This document shows positions 23,610 through 34,596 of a DNA stretch of 64,000 nucleotides, one piece after another. The stretch comes from an uncultured bacterium (lineage in GTDB: Bacteria; Babelota; Babeliae; Babelales; RVW-14), in assembly GCA_963759805.1 (NCBI GenBank), contig CAVXAT010000008.1, positions 101,054 through 165,053 on the forward strand, read 5' to 3'. Both the position numbers and the translations under genes were made by a program. Below the pieces are notes generated by a model. It was given only the letters and a program-made list of their open reading frames with translations, was not told the DNA's origin and searched no databases. Position 1 is the stretch's first letter. Each line of letters starts with the position of its first letter.

Positions 23610-24878
23610 TTGAATCCAAATAATACTTCTATATCCAGACACATCGACAAGAGTCTACCGTTTGAGCTAGATGACTGGGTGACAGAAAAAATAGATCCTT
23701 TGAGATATGAAAAAATATTTAACATTTATCGCTTCTATAAAAAATTTAATTTGGAAAAGCTAGGGTTTATTCAAGCCGAATTAATAAATCAAGATTCTGA
23801 ACTATTTTTAAAAGTTAAAAAATATGTAAAAACTTATCCCGAAGAGTGGACCATCTCCATGATAAAAGATGCAGCGTTGTTCCACCTAACTATTTTCGAA
23901 AAACTGTACTCTCTGAATCTTGCATTAAAAAGCTCTTCCTTGCAAAACATTTTTTTTGAATATACAAAACCGATTTTTTCGGATTTAACAACCCTTTCAA
24001 TGCGTGACGAAGAGACACTTTTACCATTAAGCATAAACGATGCTAATTTAAAAGGCATTGTAAATAAAATACTGTTGGTTACAGAATTAATTAAACAGAA
24101 TAATTATTTAAGAATGCGTCAGGTATTACAAGAATCAAATGACTTTATTTTGAATAAAAAAATATCTGAAATATTCTCAAAAAATAAAAATCTAAAAAAT
24201 TCATTTGAAGATGCTGCAAAAATTCATAATACCCAGTTGAGCACCAAAAAAAGTTTTGTAGCCCAGTGTGAATATCTTTATGATTTGGCATTAAATATAA
24301 ACACCTTGCCATCCCAAACTGAAAAAGCAAAAAGCTCCGCTGATCCATTGCAATTTAACAGCGCTTCTATTTTGAATCAAAAGCAAAAAGTTGTTCAGCA
24401 GATCATACAAGCTGAGCATCCAAATACTGTTCTTGACGTTAATACAAACTCCGGATGGGGTGCCCTTTTGGCAGAACGGGAAGGTGCAAGGGTTATTGCA
24501 ACAGGTACCGACGAATTCTCAATTGATAATTTGTATAATCAAGCGAAAAGACAAAACTTGAAAATTTTGTCTTTATTTATGCCATTCTCATCAATGTCTC
24601 CAAAAATTTATTGTGACTTAGTTTTATGCTTGGAAGATCTGGATAGTATTGCATTAAAACCAAAACTGAAACTAGGTGATATATTTAAAACTTTCTATAA
24701 CGCAACCAATAAAACACTTGTTTTAGACTTTGCAAACCAGCAAGATCAAAGTGAATCGACGAATAGCAGCGCTTATGCAATCGATACAGTAATCAAACAC
24801 GGACTTCAATATTTCAGCACAGTTGATACTTTGGATTCATATCCGGATAATAATAAGCTGCTTGTGTTTAAAAAATAA
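23610..24878 (+). CDS. NoeA-like SAM-dependent methyltransferase (divergent)
   Basis: YPEEWTISMIKDAALFHL and VLDVNTNSGW resemble NoeA-type methyltransferases. Confidence 0.55.
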   Translation: MNPNNTSISRHIDKSLPFELDDWVTEKIDPLRYEKIFNIYRFYKKFNLEKLGFIQAELINQDSELFLKVKKYVKTYPEEWTISMIKDAALFHLTIFEKLYSLNLALKSSSLQNIFFEYTKPIFSDLTTLSMRDEETLLPLSINDANLKGIVNKILLVTELIKQNNYLRMRQVLQESNDFILNKKISEIFSKNKNLKNSFEDAAKIHNTQLSTKKSFVAQCEYLYDLALNINTLPSQTEKAKSSADPLQFNSASILNQKQKVVQQIIQAEHPNTVLDVNTNSGWGALLAEREGARVIATGTDEFSIDNLYNQAKRQNLKILSLFMPFSSMSPKIYCDLVLCLEDLDSIALKPKLKLGDIFKTFYNATNKTLVLDFANQQDQSESTNSSAYAIDTVIKHGLQYFSTVDTLDSYPDNNKLLVFKK

Positions 24879-24897
24879 TATATTAGAAATCACAATC

Positions 24898-27825
24898 TTA
24901 GAACGATTCACCAAATACAAGATGCCAGCCGTAGCTGCTGTCGCCAGGCATGCGTTTTTTCCATTTCCAGCCTATATCAAATCTAACTGATCCAATTGGA
25001 GTTTTGTATCTGACCCCTACTCCGGATGTTGGAAACCACACCTTAAAACCACCCAGCCCAGTTTGACTAAGTGCACCAATGTCCTCAAATACCGCCCCGT
25101 AAAAATTTTTAAATATTGGAACACGTAACTCTAAGTTTACGTTAGCCATAGAACTTCCACCTTGAATAGCGTACTCACGAGTTACGCCCGGCTCAGGTGA
25201 GTCTTTAATTTGATACGCAGTATATTGACGAATAATTTTGCCTTCCGCATTTTTTTCGGTAACACCAAGTGGCGGAAGCGAATCAATTTCGTAACCGCGT
25301 ACTGAGTATGGACCGCCAAGATAAAAACGCTCTATCGGCATAATATCCTCAAACTTCCGTCTAAAAAGATGTCCAAAGCGAATCCTTGCACCCAAAACAA
25401 AGTCTTTATAAACGGGATAAAAGGCGGACTGTTCGATTTGTAATTTGGCTGAAGCTATTCCAATTTTTTCCGGCGCCATAACCTTTAATGAAGCAAAACT
25501 CATGGATCCCTTTTTGGGAGCTAATCTGTCGTCCAGCTTATCTATAACCAAAGATGGCTCTACAAAAAAATATGGTGCCGAAACATCTACCAAATCAGGG
25601 GATAATTTAAGATAGCCATGAATATTTTTTGTAGTCATCCACTCGTTACCAACGTTAATACCCCAGTGGTAACACTCTTTATATTCATCATTCAAGCCAA
25701 TCAAAAAACCGTTTAGTAAAGAGGTATAGGCAGGCTCTGTTTTACCAATTCGGACAGGCTGAATATATTTATTGGAGTAAACTTTAAACTTGGTCGTTGC
25801 AGGATTGCCAAAAAATGACGGCAACTGATATTGTGCATCAAGCTTACGCTCAAACTCCATCCAATCAAAATCAAAAGAAAGTCTATCTGCTTTATTAAGC
25901 GGATTTTTTAAGATAAGCGATGATCCGATTTTTGGCGTTGACTGACGCTTAAGTTGAATAATATTTTTACTGGTTACAAAATAACCTGCGCGCAAACGAA
26001 GTTCTAGCGGATCATCGTCCACCAATGATAAAATCATTGGCTTTTCACTAACATTTTTCGACATCTGGTATGGCTGGATCTGAACAGTCTTAAAAACATC
26101 CAAGCTCTTCAATTTTTTTCGAGTGAGCTCAATTTTTTTACGGGACCACTCATCACCTTCTTTAAATTTTAATTTTTTTAAAACTTCTTTAAACGGAATT
26201 CTTGTATTTCCACGCAACAATACTTTACCAAATTTAATCTTTTGGCCCGGATCAATTTTCCAGTGCACCGCCACCTTTGAACCTTGAAAATTTCCCGCTC
26301 CGGAATCTACTTCAATTAATTCAGGTTCAATTTCCGCATACCAAAAACCAAGTTTCTTAAAATGATCCAGTAAAAAAAATCTTTGCTCGTAAAGCCATTT
26401 TAGATCAAAGGGGACGGGTTGTTCAGCTGATGGAGGCGAATATTTTTTAAAAAATTCATTATTTTCAAGATCTTTGAAATTCTCTATCTCTACCCCACCC
26501 CAAAATCTTTGAACTCCCTTGTCCACAAAAATTTGAATAGAATAAGTTTTGGAATCAGGATTGCGCACAAATTTTTTGTCTACAACCTTGAAGTCCCAAA
26601 AGCCTTGAAATTGATAAAAATTGCTAAGCTGTACAATGCCACTTTCGAGTTTTTCTTGATCAAATCTCTTTTTACGTAAAAGCTCTTCCCAAAAAACATT
26701 TGTTGATTCCGGTATATGTGTAATACAATCTTTTACCTCAATGTTTTCAAGAGTTATTGGAAAACCCTCATTCACTGTAAAAAAATACCCAAAATCGGTT
26801 TTTTTCTGATAATCAATTGAAACATCCCAAAATCCATTTTTATAATATTCATATCGAAGCTGTTCTGAGATAATATCCGGGGAAAACAGCCACTCGGGCT
26901 GATTATTCCCAATAATATCTTCTTTGATTTTTTTTTCAGAAAAAAGACTATTCCCTTGAAATTTAACAGTTTTACGCTTGCCCATTTGAATATTAAAAAT
27001 CAAATCTAGGGTATGATTTTGAAAATTTATGTTCCGCTTAAGCTTAATGTGTGGGTTAACAAAGCCCTTTTGATGTAACATTGCCAAAATTCTTTTGGCC
27101 TGTTTGCGGAATGCCTTTTTTGTATAACTAGAATTAATGAGACTGTTACCAAATTTCTTTTTAAAACGCGAACTCAGATTTTGATATTTTGTATTATCAA
27201 TTTTGAACTCAACATCTTTTACAACAAAGCGGCGTCCGCGATTAACTTTTACCCTTGCCTCAATGGATTTATATTTTTTGTTATATATTAACTCATCTTC
27301 AACGGTACATCCCAAATATCCTTGACCTTTCAAATACTGTTTTATCGCTTTTAAAGACTCTTCATGCAGTATAGAATCAAAAACATCTCCCGGTTGTTGT
27401 GCATAGAGTGACATATATTTTTGTTTCCCAAACCATATGCCCTCAAATTTAAGTTTTCTAAATATCCAATTTGCACTCAACTTAAAATGCAGATGCTTTC
27501 CTGCCCCAAAATCAAAAATATCTACTTCGATATTATTAAATCTTTTTTTTGACATAAGCATTTGATAAGCTTTATCAACCTTTTCGGGTGTTATAACTTG
27601 ATTTGGTTTTAATTCTGTTAAATACAAAAATTCATCCATAGAAAATGGAATATCACACTCAAAAGTTATTTTACTTAAAAGAAAAGATGATGGGTTAACC
27701 CCAACCGGTTGATTAAAAAGTTTGGGGAACGTTCCTCCATAACTACCATTTGATCCAAATATTGGAAAATTTGATATAAAAATAATTGAAAACAAATGTA
27801 AAATTAACTTCTTATTTATATGCAC
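24898..27825 (-). CDS. Omp85 (BamA/TamA) outer-membrane assembly protein
   Basis: POTRA-like repeats, RFYLGGPYSVRGY, GVRYKTPIGSVRFD, C-terminal F. Confidence 0.92.
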   Translation of the reverse strand: MHINKKLILHLFSIIFISNFPIFGSNGSYGGTFPKLFNQPVGVNPSSFLLSKITFECDIPFSMDEFLYLTELKPNQVITPEKVDKAYQMLMSKKRFNNIEVDIFDFGAGKHLHFKLSANWIFRKLKFEGIWFGKQKYMSLYAQQPGDVFDSILHEESLKAIKQYLKGQGYLGCTVEDELIYNKKYKSIEARVKVNRGRRFVVKDVEFKIDNTKYQNLSSRFKKKFGNSLINSSYTKKAFRKQAKRILAMLHQKGFVNPHIKLKRNINFQNHTLDLIFNIQMGKRKTVKFQGNSLFSEKKIKEDIIGNNQPEWLFSPDIISEQLRYEYYKNGFWDVSIDYQKKTDFGYFFTVNEGFPITLENIEVKDCITHIPESTNVFWEELLRKKRFDQEKLESGIVQLSNFYQFQGFWDFKVVDKKFVRNPDSKTYSIQIFVDKGVQRFWGGVEIENFKDLENNEFFKKYSPPSAEQPVPFDLKWLYEQRFFLLDHFKKLGFWYAEIEPELIEVDSGAGNFQGSKVAVHWKIDPGQKIKFGKVLLRGNTRIPFKEVLKKLKFKEGDEWSRKKIELTRKKLKSLDVFKTVQIQPYQMSKNVSEKPMILSLVDDDPLELRLRAGYFVTSKNIIQLKRQSTPKIGSSLILKNPLNKADRLSFDFDWMEFERKLDAQYQLPSFFGNPATTKFKVYSNKYIQPVRIGKTEPAYTSLLNGFLIGLNDEYKECYHWGINVGNEWMTTKNIHGYLKLSPDLVDVSAPYFFVEPSLVIDKLDDRLAPKKGSMSFASLKVMAPEKIGIASAKLQIEQSAFYPVYKDFVLGARIRFGHLFRRKFEDIMPIERFYLGGPYSVRGYEIDSLPPLGVTEKNAEGKIIRQYTAYQIKDSPEPGVTREYAIQGGSSMANVNLELRVPIFKNFYGAVFEDIGALSQTGLGGFKVWFPTSGVGVRYKTPIGSVRFDIGWKWKKRMPGDSSYGWHLVFGESF

Positions 27826-27929
27826 GTCTATGCCTAAAATTCTCTGCGGCTTTACTATTTAGTTTTTATTTTGTATGATTTTTGCTAATTGACTTAATAA
27901 TACATGAAAAAAATAGATTTTTGAAATGC

Positions 27930-28004
27930 GGCCCCATCGTCTAACGGTTAGGACATTGCCCTCTCAAGGCAGAAATAGGGGTTCGATTCCCCTTGGGGCT
28001 GCCA
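27930..28004 (+). tRNA. tRNA-Glu(CTC)
   Basis: Cloverleaf; anticodon loop CTCTCAA; GTTCGATT; CCA end. Confidence 0.96.
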
Positions 28005-28006
28005 TC

Positions 28007-28075
28007 CTACGCTTTCGCCCGTTGGGCTCCTAGCTTCCAGCCTTCGCCCGATGTGGCTACGGCGGACAAGACGGA
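28007..28075. repeat. Family-2 palindromic element(s) after tRNA-Glu
   Basis: CCTTCGCCCGATGTGGCTACGGCGGACAAGACGG. Confidence 0.65.
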
Positions 28076-28094
28076 TGGCAAGCCATCTTTCGCT

Positions 28095-28192
28095 GCTGTG
28101 TCATGCTGAATTTATTTCAGCATCCATGGATTAGTACCTCCTATTACCCAATTACAGAAATTTTGAATAAATTTATCCATGGATCCTGAAAT
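28095..28192. repeat. Family-1 REP doublet (REPIN/MITE-like), right arm truncated
   Basis: Closely matches the reverse complement of 56763..56875, including the spacer. Confidence 0.8.
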
Positions 28193-28265
28193 CTGACCGA
28201 AAGCCACTTTTGAAGCCCACAGCCCTTTTTCTAATTATCAAACTGCCGTTACCATCTGAAATATT

Positions 28266-28541
28266 TTAACCTATGACTCTAAAAACACCTCTAAAGTCCT
28301 TATCCGTAACGAGCGGCTCAACGAAAATATCTTTCAGTTTGGATTTTTCTATACCCTTGTAAAGCATGTCGATAAAGTTATCCAATTTATCCGATACACC
28401 ACAGGCGTGCAAGATAAGGCCATCATTGTCCCCCTGAACAGTCCCTTCTATCCCCAACATCCCCGCGTTTTTCTGAATGTATAATTTATATGATTCAGTC
28501 TGAACACTCCCAGAAATTGTGATCACAAGACACTTTCTCAT
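28266..28541 (-). CDS. Acylphosphatase-fold protein
   Basis: ISGSVQ...A..LGIEGTV...G...LDNF...F.VI pattern, 91 aa. Confidence 0.7.
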   Translation of the reverse strand: MRKCLVITISGSVQTESYKLYIQKNAGMLGIEGTVQGDNDGLILHACGVSDKLDNFIDMLYKGIEKSKLKDIFVEPLVTDKDFRGVFRVIG

Positions 28542-28685
28542 TCCTTTTCCCTTTTTTCAAATAAAAATCAGTAAACCCGCGTAATCGTAGCAGATGATTT
28601 TTCATTAAGTCAAAAATTTTATTAATTAGCCGCTTTCGGCCGAAGCTAAAAGGAAAGTCTATAATCAGTTTTTATATATACTTAA

Positions 28686-29900
28686 TCAAAGCAAAAGTTT
28701 TTGGTAAAGTTGTACATGTTTATCGATCATTACATGATCATTAAAATCGCCAATCTCATCTTTATAATCACTCATTTTTTGCCACAAATCTTTATTCTCG
28801 ATTAAAGTTCTCAAACAATCTGATAACCCAACAAAATTTTTGGGAGAGACTAAAAAACCATTTTGTCCGTTAAAAATAACCTCAAAGACTCCACCTACAT
28901 CATATGCAACAACAGGCAATTTGCAAAGCCGCGCTTCAACAACAGCTATGGGCAACCCCTCCCACAGTGAACTCATTGCAAATACTTTCCAATTCCGCAT
29001 CCAAATTTCAACATTACTCTGCCAACCAAGAAGGTCTATTTTCTCGACTAAATCGTTTTTAGCAATCCATTCCTCAATTTTGCCTCTTAAAACGCCATCC
29101 CCTATTATCTGAAGTCGCACTATTTTTTTATTTTCTTCAGTTAAATTGCTATGTAAAATCTTAAACGCATTTAAAAGATCAAATAAATTTTTTTGCGGCT
29201 TAAAACATGAAATTGTTCCAATAATAAAGAATTCGTCATGGAAAAGCGAGCCTTGTCTGAAAAATGCTTCCCGTTTTTTCAGCGCAGGGATATAAAATTT
29301 ATCCCATTCTGCAGCTGCGCGAATTATAGAACTTTTTTGCCCAAACTTGGGGAACTTACGTACTCCAAATTCCCGATCCTTTTCTGATACGCATATAAAA
29401 TGTGTTGTAATCAGACTTGTTAGATACTCAACTGAAAAAATAACAACCCATTTCAAATTTGACTGATAATCATTGAAACCAAAACCATGTACCGTATGAA
29501 TTCGTTTTTTGACACCTGAAAAAAAGGCAGCCCACCGACCAATTATTCCGGCTTTAGTACTATGAGTATGAACAATTAACGACGGATGCTTTTTTTTGAA
29601 TTTTTTAATTATTTTCATTATTTGAAAGAATGCTTTTATCTCTGAAATAATTAGCCTCAGGCCAACCTCACGTTTTATACTATCCAGCAGATAAACATAT
29701 TCAGAATTTTTGATTTCTGAAGTCAAAACACCATCCGTACCCGATATCAATCCTGCTTTGATTCCGCTTTTATTAATTCCATTAAGCAACGCAAGACAGA
29801 CCTTTTGAGCCCCACCCAATTCAAGTTTTGTAATAATATACAGTACAGCAACATCATTACACTTCACTCTACATACCCCTTCTGTTGAATTTTTATTCAA
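28686..29900 (-). CDS. GT4 glycosyltransferase
   Basis: LGGAQ, HTHSTKAG, KPQKN, SLWEGLP..VVEA. Confidence 0.92.
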   Translation of the reverse strand: MNKNSTEGVCRVKCNDVAVLYIITKLELGGAQKVCLALLNGINKSGIKAGLISGTDGVLTSEIKNSEYVYLLDSIKREVGLRLIISEIKAFFQIMKIIKKFKKKHPSLIVHTHSTKAGIIGRWAAFFSGVKKRIHTVHGFGFNDYQSNLKWVVIFSVEYLTSLITTHFICVSEKDREFGVRKFPKFGQKSSIIRAAAEWDKFYIPALKKREAFFRQGSLFHDEFFIIGTISCFKPQKNLFDLLNAFKILHSNLTEENKKIVRLQIIGDGVLRGKIEEWIAKNDLVEKIDLLGWQSNVEIWMRNWKVFAMSSLWEGLPIAVVEARLCKLPVVAYDVGGVFEVIFNGQNGFLVSPKNFVGLSDCLRTLIENKDLWQKMSDYKDEIGDFNDHVMIDKHVQLYQKLLL

Positions 29901-29906
29901 TCATAT

Positions 29907-30893
29907 TTACTTCAGACAAACAAGAAGCAATGGAACATTTCTCACAAGCAAAAGAGAAACAATTAAAGAATAAATCAATGTAGATTCAATAAACGCCACT
30001 GTCAAAAGATTGGCTCGCATCATCGTACCATAAGCAGTCTCTTTCATAGCAATCTGCATGCAGCTTCTTGCCGAGATTCTACCGGTTGAAATTGCAGCAC
30101 CCAAAGCCCCAACAGATAAACAGAAAACCGCAGATAAAATTACATAAAATGGCGCGTATGAATCAATTAATTTGATTGGGATACTTGTATAACTTATAAC
30201 AATAGAGAGCAACAAACAAAAAATTACAGGTGTTTCAATAACGGCTTCACAAATCAACGTAAATGGGAAAATTTTACTGTATGCATGTTTATTTATCCCA
30301 ATGCTACTGCATGCAGCATGTGCAAAAATTGCCTGACCAATCGAAGGGCCAACACATCCAATGGCAAATAATAATCCTGCGCACAAAAGTTTTAGGCCTT
30401 GAACGTCCGACATTAAAGCATCTGCATTTATTTTCATCACAAAGCCAAGAATAAATGCAAAAATAACCGGAGCCTCTATTATCGATTGAGTCAGTAACAT
30501 AAATGCGAATATTTTTGGTGCAAAAAGAGGTTGTCTTGAAATTGAGTTAGTACATGCTCTGACCACCATGCTTGAAGCTATACTTATCGAAAGCGCCGCA
30601 AATCCAACCGCCAAAGCTATTCCCAATTCAGAAAAACCTATAGCAACAGTCGGCAAAATTTCAATATTCACCAAAGTTGTCAGAGTTGTCACAAGTGCAA
30701 TAATTACACCGCTCTCAATCAAGGCAAGTCCCACAATCATAGCGCGCGAAGATTCCTCACCGCCCAGCGGCTGACGCAAAAGTGATCCAATAGATGCCGA
30801 TCCGGCAAGCCCTTGTGCCATTCCTCCCCCCAAGGCCCCAAGCACAATTGTAATTACGGCAGAAAGGTAATGTAAAAAATGCGCCAATATCAT
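29907..30893 (-). CDS. atpE: ATP synthase F0 subunit c, four fused hairpins
   Basis: Four repeats, each with a Glu (IESG, IEAP, IETP, IEST); RQP loops in repeats 1-2; follows atpB. Confidence 0.88.
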   Translation of the reverse strand: MILAHFLHYLSAVITIVLGALGGGMAQGLAGSASIGSLLRQPLGGEESSRAMIVGLALIESGVIIALVTTLTTLVNIEILPTVAIGFSELGIALAVGFAALSISIASSMVVRACTNSISRQPLFAPKIFAFMLLTQSIIEAPVIFAFILGFVMKINADALMSDVQGLKLLCAGLLFAIGCVGPSIGQAIFAHAACSSIGINKHAYSKIFPFTLICEAVIETPVIFCLLLSIVISYTSIPIKLIDSYAPFYVILSAVFCLSVGALGAAISTGRISARSCMQIAMKETAYGTMMRANLLTVAFIESTLIYSLIVSLLLVRNVPLLLVCLK

Positions 30894-31732
30894 ACAAGAT
30901 CCTCTACATGAGCACTCTCTTCATGCGAAACACCAATTGCCAAGTAAGTCGTTGTGAGCATCGTTATAACAAATGCCTGTATCGTACCTTCAAAAATGCC
31001 AAAAATCATCTGCAGCCAAGTCATTAGAAATGCAATATTTATAAAAAATTTAATAATTTTTTTAAAAGTGGGAAACCTGTTTCTAATTCCTGTTTTGAAA
31101 AAAATCAATCCCAAAATAACCAGCACCCAAACATAACACATAAAATAACCTTTATACCCTCTTAAAAGATCAAAGATCATCATGTAAATGATGCCGCCGC
31201 CAAGAATATTCCCAAAAAGACGAAATGACATTGAGGCAACCTTTGCAAGTTCACCAACAACATGTATTGGCAATAAAACAAAAATAGGCTCCATAAATTC
31301 TTTTAAATAACCCAGCACGCCATGCACTTTAATCTTTTGATACTGAACATAAAGAAAGCTCGTCAACCCTATTGCAAGCGTCGTATTTAAATCTTTTGTT
31401 GCCTCATCCATGTAAGGAAGTACGCCAACGATACATGAAAAAAGTGTAAATAAAAATATGCAGGCAATAAATGCTAAATAATCAAAATTAAAAGATTTGA
31501 AAGATTCCCCAAATGTATCAATTAAAAGATTAATTGCTTTTTCATATGCCACAGAAATAATATTTAAGTCACGACGTATGAAGTATCGTCCAATCAACGC
31601 AATTCCGAGCAGACACATCATCGCCACCCAAGTGTAAATTAAAGTATCGAGATGAATTGACCAATATTTACTAGTAAGTCCAATACACTCAAGCGGCTTT
31701 TTTTCTGCATACTGAAATATCTCAAAGCTCAT
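30890..31732 (-). CDS. atpB: ATP synthase F0 subunit a
   Basis: TKDLNTTL, SMSFRLFGNI, IQAFVITML. Confidence 0.93.
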   Translation of the reverse strand: MSFEIFQYAEKKPLECIGLTSKYWSIHLDTLIYTWVAMMCLLGIALIGRYFIRRDLNIISVAYEKAINLLIDTFGESFKSFNFDYLAFIACIFLFTLFSCIVGVLPYMDEATKDLNTTLAIGLTSFLYVQYQKIKVHGVLGYLKEFMEPIFVLLPIHVVGELAKVASMSFRLFGNILGGGIIYMMIFDLLRGYKGYFMCYVWVLVILGLIFFKTGIRNRFPTFKKIIKFFINIAFLMTWLQMIFGIFEGTIQAFVITMLTTTYLAIGVSHEESAHVEDLV

Positions 31733-31995
31733 CGCTTTGCCCTTATTCTACTTAAAATTACACCCCAAAAGGTTCCCATAAACCCACACAATAACCACAT
31801 AAAATTAAGTTTAATATAGATTACGGCTGCAATTATAGCAACAGTGATAAAAACTAGGCGAAAAAACGAGTTTATTACACGCATTAAGTTAAATTTTGAA
31901 CTATTATCATTTTTTACAATTGGGCCTAAAAACATAAATCCATAAAATACCCCAAACAGCGCTCCGGCCAAAATTGAAAAAATCACAGTTATCAT
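31729..31995 (-). CDS. AtpI/AtpR-like membrane protein
   Basis: Small hydrophobic ORF overlapping the atpB start. Confidence 0.6.
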   Translation of the reverse strand: MITVIFSILAGALFGVFYGFMFLGPIVKNDNSSKFNLMRVINSFFRLVFITVAIIAAVIYIKLNFMWLLCGFMGTFWGVILSRIRAKR

Positions 31996-32019
31996 TTTTA
32001 AAAACCCTATTTTAAAAAC

Positions 32020-33293
32020 CTAAGCCTTGCTTTTTGTTTTTAATATCTCATTAATCCTGTGCGCAACAATCCCTAAAATAAGTATTACTAAAAATGGCAT
32101 TACATAAATAAACCCTGCGCTAATCAATCTTTCTGAATTTATTAATATCAGTAATCCACAGCTTGCAATTGCCAAGTAACCCCAAATTCCCTTAAATATT
32201 ACAAGAAATGAAACTGCGCTCAAAAAATAGGTAATTGTTGTACCAAGATCACACATTGTCATTAAATAATTAATATTGGTGGTAATTAGTAGAAATGCAA
32301 TAACCAATGCAGACTGCACTAGTACAGACACCCACGGAGTTTGCGACTTGTTAACTTTAACCAGATACTTTGAACCCAATATGCTATCTTCTTTTCCCAT
32401 AGCATAAAGATTCCAGTTATTGTAGTAAAACATTCCGTAAAAACCTGCAAGAAACGATGACATCATAGCAAGGTTAATAACCTGGTTTCCCCAAGTAATA
32501 AAAAACTGATTACTTGTTAATCGTCGGAATAATCGAAAAGAATGGGTTTGCAGTGACTTGCTCCCGAGATACACAAAATGGCAGCCTGTAATACTGTGTA
32601 AACTACAACAATTAGAGTAAATGACACTAAAATTACACGTGCAGCATTTTTATGTCCATCGCGAATCTTATCTGCAACGGCACAGCACGCCTCGATTCCA
32701 ATATATGCAAAAAGCGCCAATGGAACTGTCTGAATAAATCCGCTAAAACTAGGAGTCGCAGCAGATAAGTTACTCACATTAAAAAGAATCGGCACAACAG
32801 CCAAGACTAAAATCATTGGAATTGCCTTAATAATCGCAAGTCCAATTTGAATGCCTTCTAAAAACTCAATATTTAAAAGATTTAAAAAAGTGAAGAACAA
32901 AACCAGAATCAAATCAAATATCACGCTACTGATATTAAAACTTTTAATAAAACCAAAATTTTGCAACTGTTCGCTAAATGCATGCAAAACAACGGCATTA
33001 GCCGCAGCCGTACCAACATAATATCCCCAGCCACTAACAAATCCCCAAAATTTTCCTAGATTTTTTAAACTGTAGATATAAAGCCCACCGGCCGTCGGAT
33101 ACATTCGTGAAAGTCTTGCAAGCACAATTAATAATGGCAACAGGAGCAACCCACAAAAAATCCAAGCAAATGGAGCGAGAATTCCGTTGAGCAAGCAGAC
33201 TTGAGGAGCGCCCAAGAAAAAAGCGCTCCCAATCACAATATTCGTGTTTATCAAAACGGCAACCCAAAAAGGTATTTTAGAAATACTAGGCAT
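32020..33293 (-). CDS. APC-family amino acid permease, split by apparent indels near 32520-32560
   Basis: Paralog of 33286..34596 (AGG.Y.Y, GW.Y, G.E.C); two extra bases break the junction. Confidence 0.8.
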
Positions 33294-34596
33294 TGCTCGT
33301 CTTTGTTAATTTATACATTATATAACCCAACACCAACCCAATTAAAATTGGGGAGGCATAAAGAATCCTTGTCATTTGATCTGGTCCCAGACCCACCCAT
33401 GTAAAATATCCCGCAACAGCCAAAGACGAAAAACCAAGAATTGTTATAAAAAGAGATCCAAAACAGGCATTCTTGAAATCATACAAAAACACAGCCACTT
33501 GCGTTAATGCATAAGCAGTCATGATTCCCAAGCCGGTCAAACTGGCCCAAATTTCAATTTTGGGAATTAATGTAATTAAAATAAAAACAATTAATCCATG
33601 TAGAAAAATTGTAGGAATTGGACGACCAAAACGATTTGTTTTTATTAATTTTTTCGAATAAGGCAAAATACCCTGCTCTGCAAAGTTCGTCATATTCGTG
33701 ATGTTTGAGAGCGATACGCCATACAGTGCATTCAAAGCACTTAACAAAATGGCATAAGCTACCACAGTTTCAATGATTGTTGTAACAACAGGATTAAATC
33801 CTAAAAATTTTGGAAATGCCGATACACCAAAATGTTTGAGATTCTCAACTCCCATGATATTCATAACGCCAAAATGAAACAGCGTATACATTGCGGCCAC
33901 CGTGAAAAATGCAATATAAACAGCCTTAAAAACCTGGGACGAGCCACCCTTAATTAAGTGCCCTATAACACAGCAGCTTTCAAAACCCCAAAAACCAAAC
34001 AATGCAAAGGGTATAGTTAATGGCAACGCAGGTAAAGATGAAGGATTATATTCTACCGTCGTTCCGCCTAGATAAAATGCAAAAATAATAATCACAAAAA
34101 GTAGCGGCGTCAGTTTTAATATCGTTGTTCCACCCTGAATTTTACTTATTAAGCTAATACTCAAAAGATTTAGTAACGAAATTATTACCAGCAATAAAAA
34201 ATTAAAAAGAATCGAATGCTCATTTATGCCAATTAATCCAAATTGCGTAGCAAGATTGCCCTTGATAAATAAAGCCAGCGTGGATGCAGTTCCAAGGTAT
34301 CCTACCAAGTATGCCCAACTGGCAAAAAATCCTGCCGTTTCACTGATCCCTTGTTTGCAATAATTATAAAAACCACCTTGTCCTGGAAAAACTTGGGACG
34401 CGCGCGCTACCCCCCAAATTATGGGAAATAACAGTGCAGCAGCAAAAACCCATCCCATGAACCCAAAACAACCACCGATAACAGTCATCGGTTGAGGATT
34501 CATAAAAATCCCTGCCCCTATCATGATGTTCATGCTTATTAATACGGCCGCAAAAAGCGATATCTTACCTCTCTCTTCCATGATCAATCCTATCAA
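33286..34596 (-). CDS. APC-family amino acid permease
   Basis: MIGAGIF, GGFYNY, FWGFES; many TM segments. Confidence 0.9.
   Translation of the reverse strand: MIGLIMEERGKISLFAAVLISMNIMIGAGIFMNPQPMTVIGGCFGFMGWVFAAALLFPIIWGVARASQVFPGQGGFYNYCKQGISETAGFFASWAYLVGYLGTASTLALFIKGNLATQFGLIGINEHSILFNFLLLVIISLLNLLSISLISKIQGGTTILKLTPLLFVIIIFAFYLGGTTVEYNPSSLPALPLTIPFALFGFWGFESCCVIGHLIKGGSSQVFKAVYIAFFTVAAMYTLFHFGVMNIMGVENLKHFGVSAFPKFLGFNPVVTTIIETVVAYAILLSALNALYGVSLSNITNMTNFAEQGILPYSKKLIKTNRFGRPIPTIFLHGLIVFILITLIPKIEIWASLTGLGIMTAYALTQVAVFLYDFKNACFGSLFITILGFSSLAVAGYFTWVGLGPDQMTRILYASPILIGLVLGYIMYKLTKTSNA

Noticed and set aside
32500..32580. Split permease as two genes
   Set aside because: Halves match one full-length paralog; two extra bases explain the split.
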